Below, one piece after another: positions 30,954 through 42,735 of a stretch of DNA of 64,000 bases. A model generated the notes under the pieces. That model saw only the letters and a list, made by a program, of their open reading frames with translations. It did not search any database and was not told the origin of the DNA. Source of the DNA: an uncultured Methanosarcinaceae archaeon (GTDB taxonomy: Archaea; Halobacteriota; Methanosarcinia; Methanosarcinales; Methanosarcinaceae); NCBI GenBank assembly GCA_963727895.1, contig CAVSHT010000013.1:96001-160000 (forward strand), written 5' to 3'. Positions within the stretch are counted from its first letter, which is position 1. Each line of letters begins with the position of its first letter. A program made the position numbers and the translations under genes.

Positions 30954-32743
30954 TGGTACAGGTCACTGTTGATCCTGTTTCGAGAATAGAAGGACACTAC
31001 AGGATCAATACTGAAGTAGATGGGGAAGGCGTAATTACTGACGCTCAGAGTAATGGCTTGCAATTAAGAGGTTTTGAACGTTTTCTACAGCATCAGGATC
31101 CCAGGGATGCAGCACTTCTGTCCCAAAGAATCTGTGGGGTTTGTCCGGTTAGTCACGGAATAGCTGCAGCAAATGCTCTTGATGAACTTTTTGGGGTTGC
31201 AGGTGAAGTCCCAAAAGACGGTCTTTTAATGCGAAATGTTCAGCAAGCTTTGAATTTTATAGCCAGCCATGCAGCACATATCTACGTTCTCTGGGGTCCT
31301 GATCTTGCAAACCCGGCTTACCGTGACATCCTGGCAAAATATGGAGATGTTGGAAATGCAGTATGGAAAGAGCTTCAAGGGCGTTTTGCACCTTTGATTT
31401 ATCAGATTGATGGTACCAGTTATCCGGCTGGCTCGTCCTATATAGGTGCTATAGAAGAGTTTCGTCGCCTGCATGAAGCTATTTCTTTGATAGCTAGCAA
31501 AATGCCCCATCCGGTTCTTCAGCATGTTGGAGGAGTAGTTTATTCTCCAACAGTTGCTGATATTGGGCAAATTTATAGTTACGTCTCGAAAACGATGGAA
31601 TTTATTGAAGCATTTACCCTTGGAGTATCTCCAGATACGTGGATTGAAAATACATACAGGGCTTCTTCCCCAGAAAAGGCTGTTAATTTTGTAATCGAAC
31701 ACCTGAAAGAACTTCTGAACAAATCCCTTACAAACAAGGACTTTTCGCACTCTGCAGGCTGGGGAGACGTTCCGCTATTTGCAGCTTTTGGCTCGGAGTT
31801 AATAGGAGAGAAACTTCTAGGTCTGCCTATCAGTATGAAAATGGATCTTGCAGGGACTTACAAAGATCCTGATAAAATCGGTTTTCTTTCTAATGGAGTT
31901 TTCTTTAAACCGGAAAAAGGAGATGGATACGATCCAACAAGTCCTGCAGACAGTAGGGTTATCCCTTCTGGCTATATGAATGGACATTTCAAGCTTGAAA
32001 AATTTGACTATAAGAAGATATCAGAAAGCGTTAGCCATTCCTTTTATATTGACAACGTAGAAGACCGTCCTCCCTGGAAAGGGGTTACAGTTCCAGAAGG
32101 AGACCCTGAAAAAATCGATTATACAAAAGGATCAAAAAGTCGTTACTCATGGGCAAAAGCTCCCCATTATAATGGAATTCCGTGTGAGGTCGGGCCTATT
32201 TCTCGTATGATAATTATGAGAGAACCGCTTGTTACGGGATTGGTAAAAACTTTCCAGGACAACGGTTACTATCCTGTAAACAACTACACCCGTATGATTG
32301 CAAGAATGCAGGAAATTCTTGTAGTGGTTCCAGAACTTATAAAATGGCTCACACAGGATCTTCAAGCAGGCGGAAAAGTTGCTGTGTATACAGATCTTTC
32401 TATGGCAAAAAATTCCACAGGAATGGGTTTATGGGAAGCTCCGCGAGGGGCACTTGGACATTGGATTGCCACGGGGTCGGATTCTATGGTTACCCTTTAC
32501 CAGGCTGTGGTTCCGAGTACCTGGAACCTTGCCCCCAGGAATTCAAAGGATATTCCAAGTCCTGTTGAGCAAGCTCTGATAGGTACCAAAATTTCAGCTG
32601 CCGAAAATGCACTTGGAGTGGATTATTCAAATCCTCTTGGAATTCTGCATACTGCTCGTTCTTATGATCCATGCCTGGCATGTGCAGTGCATACAATTGA
32701 TAAAACCGGAAAGCAGCCGGATCACATAATCAAAGTGATTTAA
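30953..32743 (+). CDS. vhxA: Second [NiFe] hydrogenase large subunit (Vhx)
   Basis: RICGVC and DPCLACAVH; paralog of vhtA. Confidence 0.9.
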   Translation: MVQVTVDPVSRIEGHYRINTEVDGEGVITDAQSNGLQLRGFERFLQHQDPRDAALLSQRICGVCPVSHGIAAANALDELFGVAGEVPKDGLLMRNVQQALNFIASHAAHIYVLWGPDLANPAYRDILAKYGDVGNAVWKELQGRFAPLIYQIDGTSYPAGSSYIGAIEEFRRLHEAISLIASKMPHPVLQHVGGVVYSPTVADIGQIYSYVSKTMEFIEAFTLGVSPDTWIENTYRASSPEKAVNFVIEHLKELLNKSLTNKDFSHSAGWGDVPLFAAFGSELIGEKLLGLPISMKMDLAGTYKDPDKIGFLSNGVFFKPEKGDGYDPTSPADSRVIPSGYMNGHFKLEKFDYKKISESVSHSFYIDNVEDRPPWKGVTVPEGDPEKIDYTKGSKSRYSWAKAPHYNGIPCEVGPISRMIIMREPLVTGLVKTFQDNGYYPVNNYTRMIARMQEILVVVPELIKWLTQDLQAGGKVAVYTDLSMAKNSTGMGLWEAPRGALGHWIATGSDSMVTLYQAVVPSTWNLAPRNSKDIPSPVEQALIGTKISAAENALGVDYSNPLGILHTARSYDPCLACAVHTIDKTGKQPDHIIKVI

Positions 32744-32756
32744 AGGAGGCTAAAAT

Positions 32757-33548
32757 ATGGTAAAATCTGCTGAAAAATCTGTCTCTACAAGAATGGTTGT
32801 TGAACGCTATACCTGGCTTGAGAGGGTTACTCATCTGGTGCATCTTATTACCTTGTTTGTCCTGCTTATTACAGGATTCAAAATCTATTCTGGCTGGGAC
32901 TTTATGGCTTTTCAAACCGCTAGAACCTGGCATATGATTGCTGTGCCTTTTTTCCTAGTTGCAAACTGGATTCTAGTCCCATACAACCTTTTTTCCTGTA
33001 AAGAGGAAAGATGCAGTGTCAGAGACAGGATAGTTCATATTAAAGACTCTTACATTTTTGGAAAAACTGATGCAGAACGTCTCAGCGACATAACAAAAAA
33101 CTTTTTTGGAAAGGGAAGATATCCGGCTTTTACTATCTATGATGAACATAAAGGACATTATGTAACCAAGCTTCATCCTTTACTTAAAATTCTGATTGTC
33201 CTTGAGAGTATAGCTATTGTCATTGTAGCAATTACAGGAGTAGTGCTTTACAATCTTAACTGGGCTCCTTTAGGAATCCCTATTTCAGAATGGATACTTT
33301 CTATAACCTGGTATTTTACATCTTTTTTCAACATCAATGCTCTGGGGCTACTTCGCTTGTTACATCTGATTGCAGCCTACTGGTTCGTTTTTGAACTTGT
33401 GGTCCATGTAGGAATTATTGAATTTGATCCATACGCATGGAAATATCATAAGGCAATCTTCTGGTCTGGAAAAGAAGATCTCTCAGACAAGCACTTTGTC
33501 AAAGTAATTGAGGAGGAAGAACACAAAGGAGTAGCAGGCGAAAATTAA
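32757..33548 (+). CDS. vhxC: Second hydrogenase cytochrome b subunit (Vhx)
   Basis: Paralog of vhtC; no downstream protease gene. Confidence 0.88.
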   Translation: MVKSAEKSVSTRMVVERYTWLERVTHLVHLITLFVLLITGFKIYSGWDFMAFQTARTWHMIAVPFFLVANWILVPYNLFSCKEERCSVRDRIVHIKDSYIFGKTDAERLSDITKNFFGKGRYPAFTIYDEHKGHYVTKLHPLLKILIVLESIAIVIVAITGVVLYNLNWAPLGIPISEWILSITWYFTSFFNINALGLLRLLHLIAAYWFVFELVVHVGIIEFDPYAWKYHKAIFWSGKEDLSDKHFVKVIEEEEHKGVAGEN

Positions 33549-33659
33549 CCGCAAATAAAAATATTATAAAAGAATATGAAGATTCAAACGATGATATTCA
33601 TCTACTCATTTTTGAAGCAGTAATCATTAAATTTGTCGAAGAGGCTCTAAAAATATATT

Positions 33660-34331
33660 TTATGGTTGGTGATAATAAAGAAGTGGAATAAAGATATCAT
33701 CAACGACCTCATAGATTATTTTATCAGATACAGGTTCATGAGTTGTAAGCAGTTCATATCGTAGTAAATCTACAGGTAGTGAGATAGTTCGAGGACTGAT
33801 TTTTTCAAGTTTGATCTCTCCTCGCATCTCAGCGTTTTTCAGAATTGTTATCATGGATGTTGTTAATTTACTTTCGTTTTTTGGACCTATAATTTGTGGA
33901 ATTGAAGAAATTTTATCTTTAACAATGTCTTCGATCATGAGACCATGTATGGTTTCAGCACCAATAGTTTGCAGAGGCTTTGCTATTCCATGAAGAAATA
34001 AAAAAATATCATTACGCAGGTCTCCAGTATTTGGTACTTCTTTAGGATAAAGCGGAAGCACGAATTTGCGTAAAATTGACAAAACTAGTGTTGGTTTGTT
34101 AGCCCAACGACGATAAACGACCGCTTTATTGGTTTTTGCTCGTGAGGCTACTCCTTCCATCGTAAGACGGTTGTAACCGACATCACAAAGTTCTTCCCAT
34201 GCGGCTTCAAGTATAGCATCTTCAAGTATTTTTCCACGGCGTCGTGTTTCTTTGTGGATATTTTTATCACTTTCAGATTGACGAGACTGTGATAGATTTT
34301 CATTGTAGTTATTATCCATGCTTATCGACAT
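33660..34331 (-). CDS. TetR/AcrR family transcriptional regulator
   Basis: ILEAAWEEL..GY..LTMEGVA.RAKTNKAVVYRRW HTH. Confidence 0.93.
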   Translation of the reverse strand: MSISMDNNYNENLSQSRQSESDKNIHKETRRRGKILEDAILEAAWEELCDVGYNRLTMEGVASRAKTNKAVVYRRWANKPTLVLSILRKFVLPLYPKEVPNTGDLRNDIFLFLHGIAKPLQTIGAETIHGLMIEDIVKDKISSIPQIIGPKNESKLTTSMITILKNAEMRGEIKLEKISPRTISLPVDLLRYELLTTHEPVSDKIIYEVVDDIFIPLLYYHQP

Positions 34332-34577
34332 TTTTGTTATAAAATATTATAAAATTGTTGTATTCCCTAGATCTGTTAAGATCTATTATTTCATATGGAA
34401 CTTATACTTAGACTTTAGTATGTTTTGTATTAAATCTTCACCACTAATCCCATAACCAAATCTACTGTTATAGCGCAATCGAAGACTGTAAGATTGAATA
34501 AGATTGTTTATATTTTCAATCATTTTGACAAAAAATAATAAAGAAATTTTTCACGAGCCTTTTGACAATTATTTCCA

Positions 34578-35690
34578 TCATCTAATTGAATCTTTCTGAA
34601 CATTTATCTGCACCGCTGAATCTGGCCTTGTAACTGGCTCATTGTTACTTTTTGACAGTAATAGTGCGGGAATAATTGTAATTATTGTAAAAACAATCAA
34701 CAACCAAAAGGCAACGTTGTATGCACTTGCAACAGTTTGAGTACCGGATACTGAGCTATAAGAAAGTTGGTTCTCGACAATTGTTGCAAGTATAGCCGAT
34801 CCGAAAGCTCCCCCAATTGTATTTAAAATTCTTGTTGCAGTACTGGTATGAGAAATTTGATCTCTGTTTAATCCAATATATGCTGAAGCCATTATTGGAA
34901 TTAATAATCCTCCTAGACCTGCTCCTCTTAGAAGCAGTGCCGCTATCAATAAAATTTGATTTGTATTCGAAGTAGCAAAGGCAAATGGTAATGTACCGAT
35001 AGCCGTAACAATAAGGCTTATGACAACTATTATACGAGAGCCTATACGGTCGACTAGCCTTCCAATCCAGCTTCTGGTCAATAACATACCAACTCCTTGG
35101 GGAATTAATAAAAGACCGGCAAATAGAACGCTTTCGCCACGTACTTGCTGGTAGTATAGAGGTAGAAGAAGCATAGATCCATTCATGATGATGCCTGACA
35201 GAAAGAGCGAAGCAGTTGAAGCGGAAAAATTACGCGATTTAAATAGATGAACGTCAAGTGCTGGAGACGTTTTCTTATGTAAGGCATAGACAATATATAT
35301 GGCCATAAGAAGCAAGCCAATAACCAATGGAACAACTACCTCATTACAATTAAAGCTGCCATGAGAGCTTACCTGAGAAATAGCATAAATGAGTATAGCA
35401 AAAGCTGGAGACAACAGAAAAATGCCGATAATATCAAGAGATTGCTTACTGTTGTAAGGCTTCTCAGTCGGTAATCCCCACCAAGCCAGAAATAAAGCTA
35501 TAATAGTGACTGGAATATTTACATAAAAAATCCAACGCCAGTTTAAACTATTTACAATAATCCCACCCAGGACTGGACCCAGAATTGGTCCCAGCAATGC
35601 AGGTATGCTGACAAATGACATCATACGTCCTAAATTCTGGCCACCAGCAGCCTGAACAAGCATTGTTTGCAAAGTTGGAATCAGTATTGA
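34578..35690 (-). pseudogene. EmrB/QacA (DHA2) MFS efflux transporter, 5'-truncated
   Basis: Begins mid-protein at LIPTLQTML..LGPILGPVLGG..WRWIFYVNIP. The first TM helices and motif A are absent and upstream DNA is non-coding. Confidence 0.8.
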
Positions 35691-35913
35691 TAGTGTATCG
35701 AATATAGTACAATGTAGTAACTGACGATGAGTATGATTCTGAAAAAATTCATAGTCAACTTAAAGAAGAAATTAAAAACCAATAAAAGGAAAGGAAATTC
35801 TTTAATCGGGTCAAAGAAATAAAAATTAAATTTATATTACCTATAATAAAAACCAAAAAATTATAAAAAATTGTATAAATTAAGGATTTATATAAAGCCA
35901 TGAAACTCAAAAA

Positions 35914-37092
35914 TCATATCACCAGCTGAAAACTATTAGTCCAGAACACCATCAGAAAACCTTGTAAAAGAGCAAAGGATAGCAGAACAAGATCTTCTGA
36001 AATGCGGTTTTTAGTAATGTCCGCAAAAAGAATGTAAATTGGAAAAATTACAAGAATAAATCTAGGCATTGACCAGATTCCTGTAGAAAGTGGAACTAAA
36101 ATAGAATACATACAAAATAGCCAGTAAGAGAACCGGATTTTTTTGTAAAAAAATATAAAAATAAAGAGAGCAATGGAGGCAAAAGCGGCGTTAAAAGCTG
36201 TGTAGATATCTCCATGATAACCTCTAATTAGAATATCCATAGGATTTCCAGGATGTCTGTTCCACATTACTTGGGCGTGTGCAAAAGCCATGAAATCCCC
36301 AGTTAGATGATAATTATAAATCATAAATAAAATTGTGCCCAGGGGAATTAATGAAAGATAAAACAAGGGTAATATCTCATTTTTAGAATTTTTAAGATTT
36401 TTTAAGCTTTTATTTTCTATTATCAAGGGCATAAGACCTTCGTAAAGCAAAGGTAACACAACAAAAACACCAGTAGACCTTGTTAAGGACAAAAAGAATC
36501 CTATGATACCAACCAGACGCCATTTACCAGTTCTGGCATAATAGAAACACATCAAAGTAAGAGCAAGATAAAGAGATTCGGTGAAAACTCCCGAAAGGAT
36601 AAAAGAAACCGGAAAGAGAAACAGGTATTTTATCGCTTTAGTTGATGTATCTTCATCATAATCGAGCTTTACTAGTTGATATAAATAAATACAGGAAACT
36701 ATTAAACAAAAATTTGATATGAGTAAGCCAGAGATGTAATCATTTCCTATAATCAAACCTAAAAATCTCATAATTAATGGATAGAGTGGAAAAAACGCAA
36801 TATTAGCCTGATGTGAAATTATCTGTTCTGGGGAAAATGGAGTGTAACCTGCTTTAGAAATTCCCATATACCATCCTGTATCCCAAACACCCCATATATC
36901 AAGCCAGCTGTGATGTGTCCATTTAGGTTGGCAGATAAATTGAGGCAGTCCATAAAAAGATATACCTGCTAAAACTTTACGGGATAGTACACCGATTATA
37001 CTCAAAATTATTCGCGTAGTGAAGAACATCAACAGGATATATTTTATTTTAGGAATCTGAAACCTATATTTAGACAATGAGATTGTATTCAT
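35914..37092 (-). CDS. GT-C fold mannosyltransferase family protein (PIG-V-like)
   Basis: WDTGWY..I...GY, AFFPLYP, FTESL, R.TG, SMPRF motifs; polytopic membrane protein. Confidence 0.85.
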   Translation of the reverse strand: MNTISLSKYRFQIPKIKYILLMFFTTRIILSIIGVLSRKVLAGISFYGLPQFICQPKWTHHSWLDIWGVWDTGWYMGISKAGYTPFSPEQIISHQANIAFFPLYPLIMRFLGLIIGNDYISGLLISNFCLIVSCIYLYQLVKLDYDEDTSTKAIKYLFLFPVSFILSGVFTESLYLALTLMCFYYARTGKWRLVGIIGFFLSLTRSTGVFVVLPLLYEGLMPLIIENKSLKNLKNSKNEILPLFYLSLIPLGTILFMIYNYHLTGDFMAFAHAQVMWNRHPGNPMDILIRGYHGDIYTAFNAAFASIALFIFIFFYKKIRFSYWLFCMYSILVPLSTGIWSMPRFILVIFPIYILFADITKNRISEDLVLLSFALLQGFLMVFWTNSFQLVI

Positions 37093-37472
37093 GCGTTATT
37101 TTCCTGCTTAAATCATTTTCTTTTTTTAGATAAAAAATGCAAGTTTTTGAACTTAATATCACTCATTTTTAAAACCATAATCGTGAATTTACAAGTTCTC
37201 AAAGATTAAATGAACTTTTTATTTCAAAGCAGTAGCAATAATCAGGTGAAAATATAAAAAAGTTTTTTGAATAAGATCATAGAATCTGTTACTGTTTATA
37301 ATTCATAATAGTTAATACAATTACAATAGTTAATACAATTGGGGTGATAGATGCAATTATCAAGATACTATATAAAAAATATCAACCAGTTAGTGATTAA
37401 GAACACATGCCTTCCATTTTATATCTCATACAACCGAAATCCTTATTGTAAAGCTTGCGTTATGGCAGAAGT

Positions 37473-38003
37473 ATGGAAATGCAAAGGGAAATCCAGGTAA
37501 TTTGCGGGAACGTAAGTATTCCGAAGCTTTCTGACTTCCTTAAAACAATAAATTCGATTGCTTCAGAAAATGAAGTAACTATTCAGGGTTTGAATGCAGA
37601 CTTGATCGCAGGAGAAAGGCATTTACATTTTGCAGTGGGAAAAGCTCTTCGTGCAATTGCTGCGGGCAAGAATATAGCAAAAGATCCTGGGATCGAGATT
37701 ATGCGATATGCTTCAGGAGAAAGGCAGATTGAAAGAAGTTTCTCGATAGGGCTGCGTGAAGGAGAAAACAATGCTGTCTTCGTACTGCTTGGAAAAATGG
37801 ACAATCTGATTCTGGCTATTTCTGAAATCAAAAAATTAATCCACGAAAGACCCTGTTCTGAGATTCTTGCTTATTCTGAGTTCAAAAAGAAGGGAATTCT
37901 TTCTATTTTTGGAATTACGGACACTGAAATTGAAGCTTCTGGCGAAGAACACATTCCAGAGTTTGTGATTGAGAGAGTAGCACTGGCAGATTTTGCAAAA
38001 TAA
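37473..38003 (+). CDS. cgi121: KEOPS complex subunit Cgi121
   Basis: IAGERHL..A..KA, EIMRYASGERQI, ERVAL. Start ATG 37473. Confidence 0.88.
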   Translation: MEMQREIQVICGNVSIPKLSDFLKTINSIASENEVTIQGLNADLIAGERHLHFAVGKALRAIAAGKNIAKDPGIEIMRYASGERQIERSFSIGLREGENNAVFVLLGKMDNLILAISEIKKLIHERPCSEILAYSEFKKKGILSIFGITDTEIEASGEEHIPEFVIERVALADFAK

Positions 38004-38054
38004 AAATAATCTGAGACTAATCCCAGGTATTTTTCGAGACTAAAAAATCCTTTT

Positions 38055-38779
38055 TCAGTCATTTTCAGACTTACATTTTTCTTCAAACCAGTCCATAAGA
38101 GAAAAAGCCAGATTCATGGAATTCTCAAAATAGTTTTCCTGGTTATAGATCTCTTTTTCAGATTGAATATATTTTCCTGGAACAAGTTCGTGCCCAGACG
38201 TCTTGATAAGATTTCTTATCCATTGTCTATCAGCCTCAGGATGGAACTGCAGCCCCAGAACGTTTCCATTGTAGATGAATCCCTGATTTGGACATGCTTC
38301 ACTTGCAAAAAGCTTTATTGCGCCGGTTGGAATTTCAAAAGTGTCCCCATGCAACATAAAACCGGTAAATTCAGGATACATACAGGATGGAAGTCTCAAA
38401 TTTCTTACATCTTTCTGGTCTTTTCCTTCCACAGATCTTACTTTATGCCATCCGATTTCCTTATATTGATTCCTCGTAACTTTTCCACCCAGTACGTCAG
38501 CAATAATCTGTCCCCCTAAACAGCTGCCAAACACGGGATTTCCTGATTCGAGTACTGTTCTTACGAATTTTTTTCAGGCTTTAACCAGGGATATTCTTCT
38601 TCCTGATAAACACTCATGGTTCCCCCCATTATAAGGAGCGAATCGAATTCATCAGGGTCAGGAAAATGAGAATCTTCAAAAAGCATGGTTTTCGTAAGTT
38701 TATGTCCTTTTCTGGCTATCAAGGCACCTATATTTCCTAAGGTATCGTTTTTCAGATGTTGAATACAGTAAATTCTCAC
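38055..38779 (-). pseudogene. Type 1 glutamine amidotransferase split by a single frameshift in an A7 run
   Basis: Fragments 38561-38779 (IMGG.MSV) and 38055-38534 (GSCLGGQ, HGD, QFHPE) join if one A is added at 38568-38574. Confidence 0.85.
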
Positions 38780-39173
38780 GGATGTTTCCTCTTTAAGTAA
38801 ACTGAACAGAAAATGCTACTTTTAAACTACTTTTAAACTACTTTTAACTACTTTTCAAATTCTGATTCCGGCCAAGTTTTAAGTTATGAAGGCAAATTTA
38901 TAAATAAAGCTTTTTTACTAATATTAATTCAGGACTTTTTTAGCCACTTTTTTATACTTCCTATCTGTATGCTTTATTTTGAAGCCTAAAAGCCCTCTCT
39001 ATTCAAGGGGCTCTCTTTGATGAACGTTTCATAACATAAATATATGATTCCATTTTAGCCAAAAGATTCATTAATATACTATTTGTGTTATGAGATCAAT
39101 TAAATATCAAGAGTAATTACCTGAAAAAGATTTCATAATCAGGAAGCATATTATCCAAAACAGATTATGGGAG

Positions 39174-40271
39174 TTGATTATTATATCTCATCCAAAAACC
39201 GTAGAAGAAATGATTGATTGTGCAGGGCCCATTGAGTGTGAGTTATTGCCCAAACTTATTCAGGTGACCGAATCTGCTGCCATTGCCGCAGCCTACCAGA
39301 TGGGACGTGGAAACAAAAGTTTTGCCGATCAGGTCGCAGTCGCCTCCATGCGAAGAATGCTGAACAAGCTTGATATGAAGGGCATAATCAAGATAGGAGA
39401 AGGAGAAAGAGATGAAGCTCCCATGCTTTATATTGGGGAGCAGGTAGGGACGGAAAAGGGAAACCTTGAAGTCGATATTGCAGTAGATCCTCTTGAGGGA
39501 ACAAACCTTACCGCTGATGGAGGTCCTGGTTCAGTTGCCGTTATGGCAATGGCAGAAAGAGGCGGAGTTTTCCATGGACCAGATATCTATATGGACAAGA
39601 TCGTTGTCGGTCCAGATGTAGTAAGATATGAAGAGGAACATCCTGACGAAAAGATTGACCTGGATGCTCCTGTAAAGCACAATCTTGAGATCGTCGCAAA
39701 GGCTCTAGACAGAAGTATTGAAGAGCTTGTCGTTGTAATTCTTGACCGGCCAAGACACTTCCAGAAAATAACCGAGATCCGAGAAGCAGGAGCTCGTGTG
39801 AAGCTGATAACTGATGGAGACCTTATGCCAGGAGTTTCAACTGCAATCCGCGGGTCAGGCGTTCATATGGTAATGGGTGCAGGCGGTTCAGGTGAAGCCG
39901 TACTCACAGCAGCTGCAATTAAAATCCTTGGAGGAAAAGTCCTTGCAAGACTTGTGCTTCCAACAATTGCAAATGGAAAGAGCCAGGATAAAATCGATGC
40001 AGAAATCGAAGAAAAAATGCCAAGGCTCGAAAAAATGGGAATCACTCTTCAAAACATCAATGATGTTCTTGATACCAACAAGCTTGTGCCAGGAAGCGAC
40101 GTGATCTTTTCAGCATCAGCTGTAACTCCAGGCCATTTCCTGCGAGAAGTTAATCTTTTTGGTGGCGGAGATGCCAGAGTGCACACAATTTCTATGGGTG
40201 CATCCGGAGCTATCAGGTTTACTGACAGTATTTATATAAAGGACAAGAGAGAGACCCCTCTCTACCTGTAA
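39174..40271 (+). CDS. glpX: Class II fructose-1,6-bisphosphatase
   Basis: IGEGERDEAPML, AVDPLEGT, LDRPRH, ITDGD motifs. Start ambiguous. Confidence 0.93.
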   Translation: MIIISHPKTVEEMIDCAGPIECELLPKLIQVTESAAIAAAYQMGRGNKSFADQVAVASMRRMLNKLDMKGIIKIGEGERDEAPMLYIGEQVGTEKGNLEVDIAVDPLEGTNLTADGGPGSVAVMAMAERGGVFHGPDIYMDKIVVGPDVVRYEEEHPDEKIDLDAPVKHNLEIVAKALDRSIEELVVVILDRPRHFQKITEIREAGARVKLITDGDLMPGVSTAIRGSGVHMVMGAGGSGEAVLTAAAIKILGGKVLARLVLPTIANGKSQDKIDAEIEEKMPRLEKMGITLQNINDVLDTNKLVPGSDVIFSASAVTPGHFLREVNLFGGGDARVHTISMGASGAIRFTDSIYIKDKRETPLYL

Positions 40272-40452
40272 ATTCCATTTTACTTCTTTCTATTTTTTCT
40301 TTTTTTTAAAAATGGATTTTTAAGATACATATAAAATTAAATTTAATAAAAACTAGATTGAACTATTAATTAGAGCACTAAAATTCACGGAATTAAAAAG
40401 TATAATTTTTAAAAATTTATAATTAAATAATATAAAAATTTAGAGTTAGAAT

Positions 40453-41763
40453 ATGAAAGTATATCTTGAAAGTTTTGGCTGTTCGGCAAACCAGGCATCA
40501 GCTGAAATCATGAGGGCAAGCGTCGAAAGGCTCGGGCACAAACTATTAGGTCTCGAGACCGCCGATCAGGCAGATGTTTATATCTGCAATTCCTGTACCG
40601 TAAAGTACACTACAGAACAAAAGATCCTTTATAAGATCCGCAGAATGGGGGAGCTGGGTGTGCAGGTCATAGTTTCTGGATGCATGCCAGAGGTGCAGCT
40701 TGAGGATATTCTTCACGCAAATCCCGAAGCCAATATCCTGGGAGTAAATGCAATTTCTAGGGTTGGTGAACTTCTTTCACTAATCGAACAAAGAAAAAAG
40801 AAAGGGTTGTCAAAAGGAGCACACTTTGAACTTAAGACTTCTGAGCCTCTGGGTTTTCTCAATGTTCCGCGTGAACGTTCCAACCCGAATATTCACATCT
40901 GTCAGATCTCTCAGGGCTGTAATTTTGCCTGTTCATACTGTATTGTAAAAAATGTAAGAGGTAAACTGCATTCATTTCCTCCAGACGAGATTATTGAAGA
41001 TATCCGCACATCTGTTGCAGAAGGATGCAGGGAAATCTGGCTCACTTCTCAGGATGATAGCCAGTATGGAATGGATACCGGCATCAAACTCCCTGAACTC
41101 CTGCGAATGATTTCGGAAATTCCTGGGGACTTTAAAGTGAGGGTTGGAATGATGAACCCCTTTTCTGTTCTTCCAATCCTTGACGACCTGGCAGAGGCTT
41201 TTGATTCTGACAAGATTTTCAAACTTCTTCACATCCCCATCCAGTCTGCTTCCTATTCTGTCTTGAAGAGGATGAATCGTCCACACAAAATGGATTCAGT
41301 AGATACGATAATTAATACATTCTGTGCTCGTTTCGATGACCTCTCCCTTTTCACTGATATAATTGTTGGCTTCTGCGATGAAACTGATGATGATTTCAAA
41401 GAAACTGTTGAATGGGTAAAAAAACACCGCCCTGAAAAAATTAACATTTCAAGATATTCTCCTCGTCCACACACGAAAGCTTTTTCCTTCCGAAACCTGG
41501 ACTCTCGAATTCCCGCACAGCGTTCACATGAACTGCATAAAGTATGCGAGCACATCAAGCTTGAATCAAAGCAGGCAATGATCGGCTGGAAAGGCAGAGC
41601 TTTTGTCTCAAAATACACTGAAATGGGAGACGTTCTCACCCGTACAGATTCTTATCGCCCGGTTGTTATAAGTGGTTCGAATCTGAAACCTGGTCAGTAT
41701 GCTAATGTGGAAATTGTTGCAGCAAAACCTGGTTATTTCCTTGGAAAATTAGTTGAAAATTGA
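40453..41763 (+). CDS. tRNA t6A37 methylthiotransferase (archaeal MtaB-type radical SAM with TRAM)
   Basis: UPF0004 (FGC..N, NSCTV, SGC), CNFACSYC radical SAM motif, RVGMMNP, C-terminal TRAM. Confidence 0.9.
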   Translation: MKVYLESFGCSANQASAEIMRASVERLGHKLLGLETADQADVYICNSCTVKYTTEQKILYKIRRMGELGVQVIVSGCMPEVQLEDILHANPEANILGVNAISRVGELLSLIEQRKKKGLSKGAHFELKTSEPLGFLNVPRERSNPNIHICQISQGCNFACSYCIVKNVRGKLHSFPPDEIIEDIRTSVAEGCREIWLTSQDDSQYGMDTGIKLPELLRMISEIPGDFKVRVGMMNPFSVLPILDDLAEAFDSDKIFKLLHIPIQSASYSVLKRMNRPHKMDSVDTIINTFCARFDDLSLFTDIIVGFCDETDDDFKETVEWVKKHRPEKINISRYSPRPHTKAFSFRNLDSRIPAQRSHELHKVCEHIKLESKQAMIGWKGRAFVSKYTEMGDVLTRTDSYRPVVISGSNLKPGQYANVEIVAAKPGYFLGKLVEN

Positions 41764-41915
41764 TTAATTCTGAAACATAAGTAATTTTATATGAAATAAT
41801 AGAACAGGTCTATAGATCTAATCTGCATACTTGATGAATCTGCATACTGACTGTTTTCAGTTTCTCTAAAACTTTTTTTGATATTTTCAATGAAAGCTAT
41901 ATCTTTTCAAAATTA

Positions 41916-42653
41916 GGTATTGTTAACTAAACATAATTAACTCTTTATTTCTGTATTTTATCAATAGAATAACCTAGTACTTTAGCATTTCAAGACTCTT
42001 CGTATAACACTTTGTCTTTCTTCTCAATCTTGCTAGAAAATGCCTCAATATGCTGTTATATCCTTCAACAGTATACGTTTCTGCTTTGGATTGAGTATGG
42101 ATCTTTTCTGGAAGAAACTCTGCATATGCTCTCCAGTGATCTGTCATTACTTCTCCAATCTTTTTTTTCTTCACTTTTTCCCAGAGTAGTTTTCCAGTTT
42201 CCGTTCCTCTGATGCCAAAAGAGCAGTTGATGAACTTTTTCCCAACTCTATCAACAGCAATCCAGATCCAGCAATATTTTTGTTGTTACCGATGTAAGTG
42301 TGCATCTCATCCATTTCAACAATAGATATCTCACTTTCACTTTTTAGGTTCTCTCACTCTTGACCAAATTTCTTGATCCATTTTTGGACAGAAACATGAC
42401 TTACCCCTAAAACTCTTCCTATTAAGCGAAAGCCCAATCCTTCAAGATAGAGTTGTAAAGCCTGTCTTTTAACAGAGGCGGAAAAAGCAGTTGATTTTAG
42501 CTCTACTGTATAGTTATAGCCACAATCATGACATTTGTAGCGTTGACGACCACCAACCATACCATTCTTTTTGTAATTAGAACTATTGCATCTGGGGCAG
42601 TTTGAAGAAATATATGTTATAAGCATATATATCTATTTTTGTTTACCAATACC
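41916..42653 (-). mobile_element. IS1-family element, full length but inactivated
   Basis: IRs GGTATTGTTAAC / GGTATTGGTAAAC. insA ATG lost, TGA in insA, TAG in insB, slippery run interrupted. Confidence 0.9.
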
Positions 42654-42735
42654 CCATTATAAAAAGAATTAAAGTCTACTGTTGGTATGACTTTTGTATT
42701 ATAATTAGTTTTTTATGGGATATTTGGCTTCCGCA

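Noticed and set aside
19273..33548. hyp-vht-vhx island as a novel system
   Set aside because: This arrangement is well known in Methanosarcina; only the specific vhxG features are reported as findings.
37473..41763. Dedicated t6A/ms2t6A operon (cgi121 plus methylthiotransferase)
   Set aside because: The genes are separated by an opposite-strand gene and glpX, with no evidence of co-transcription.
41974..41976. Pyrrolysine read-through of TAG in IS1 insB (also TAG near 48620)
   Set aside because: Other copies have TCG or GAG at these positions, and the same copies carry further inactivating lesions, so they are ordinary nonsense mutations.
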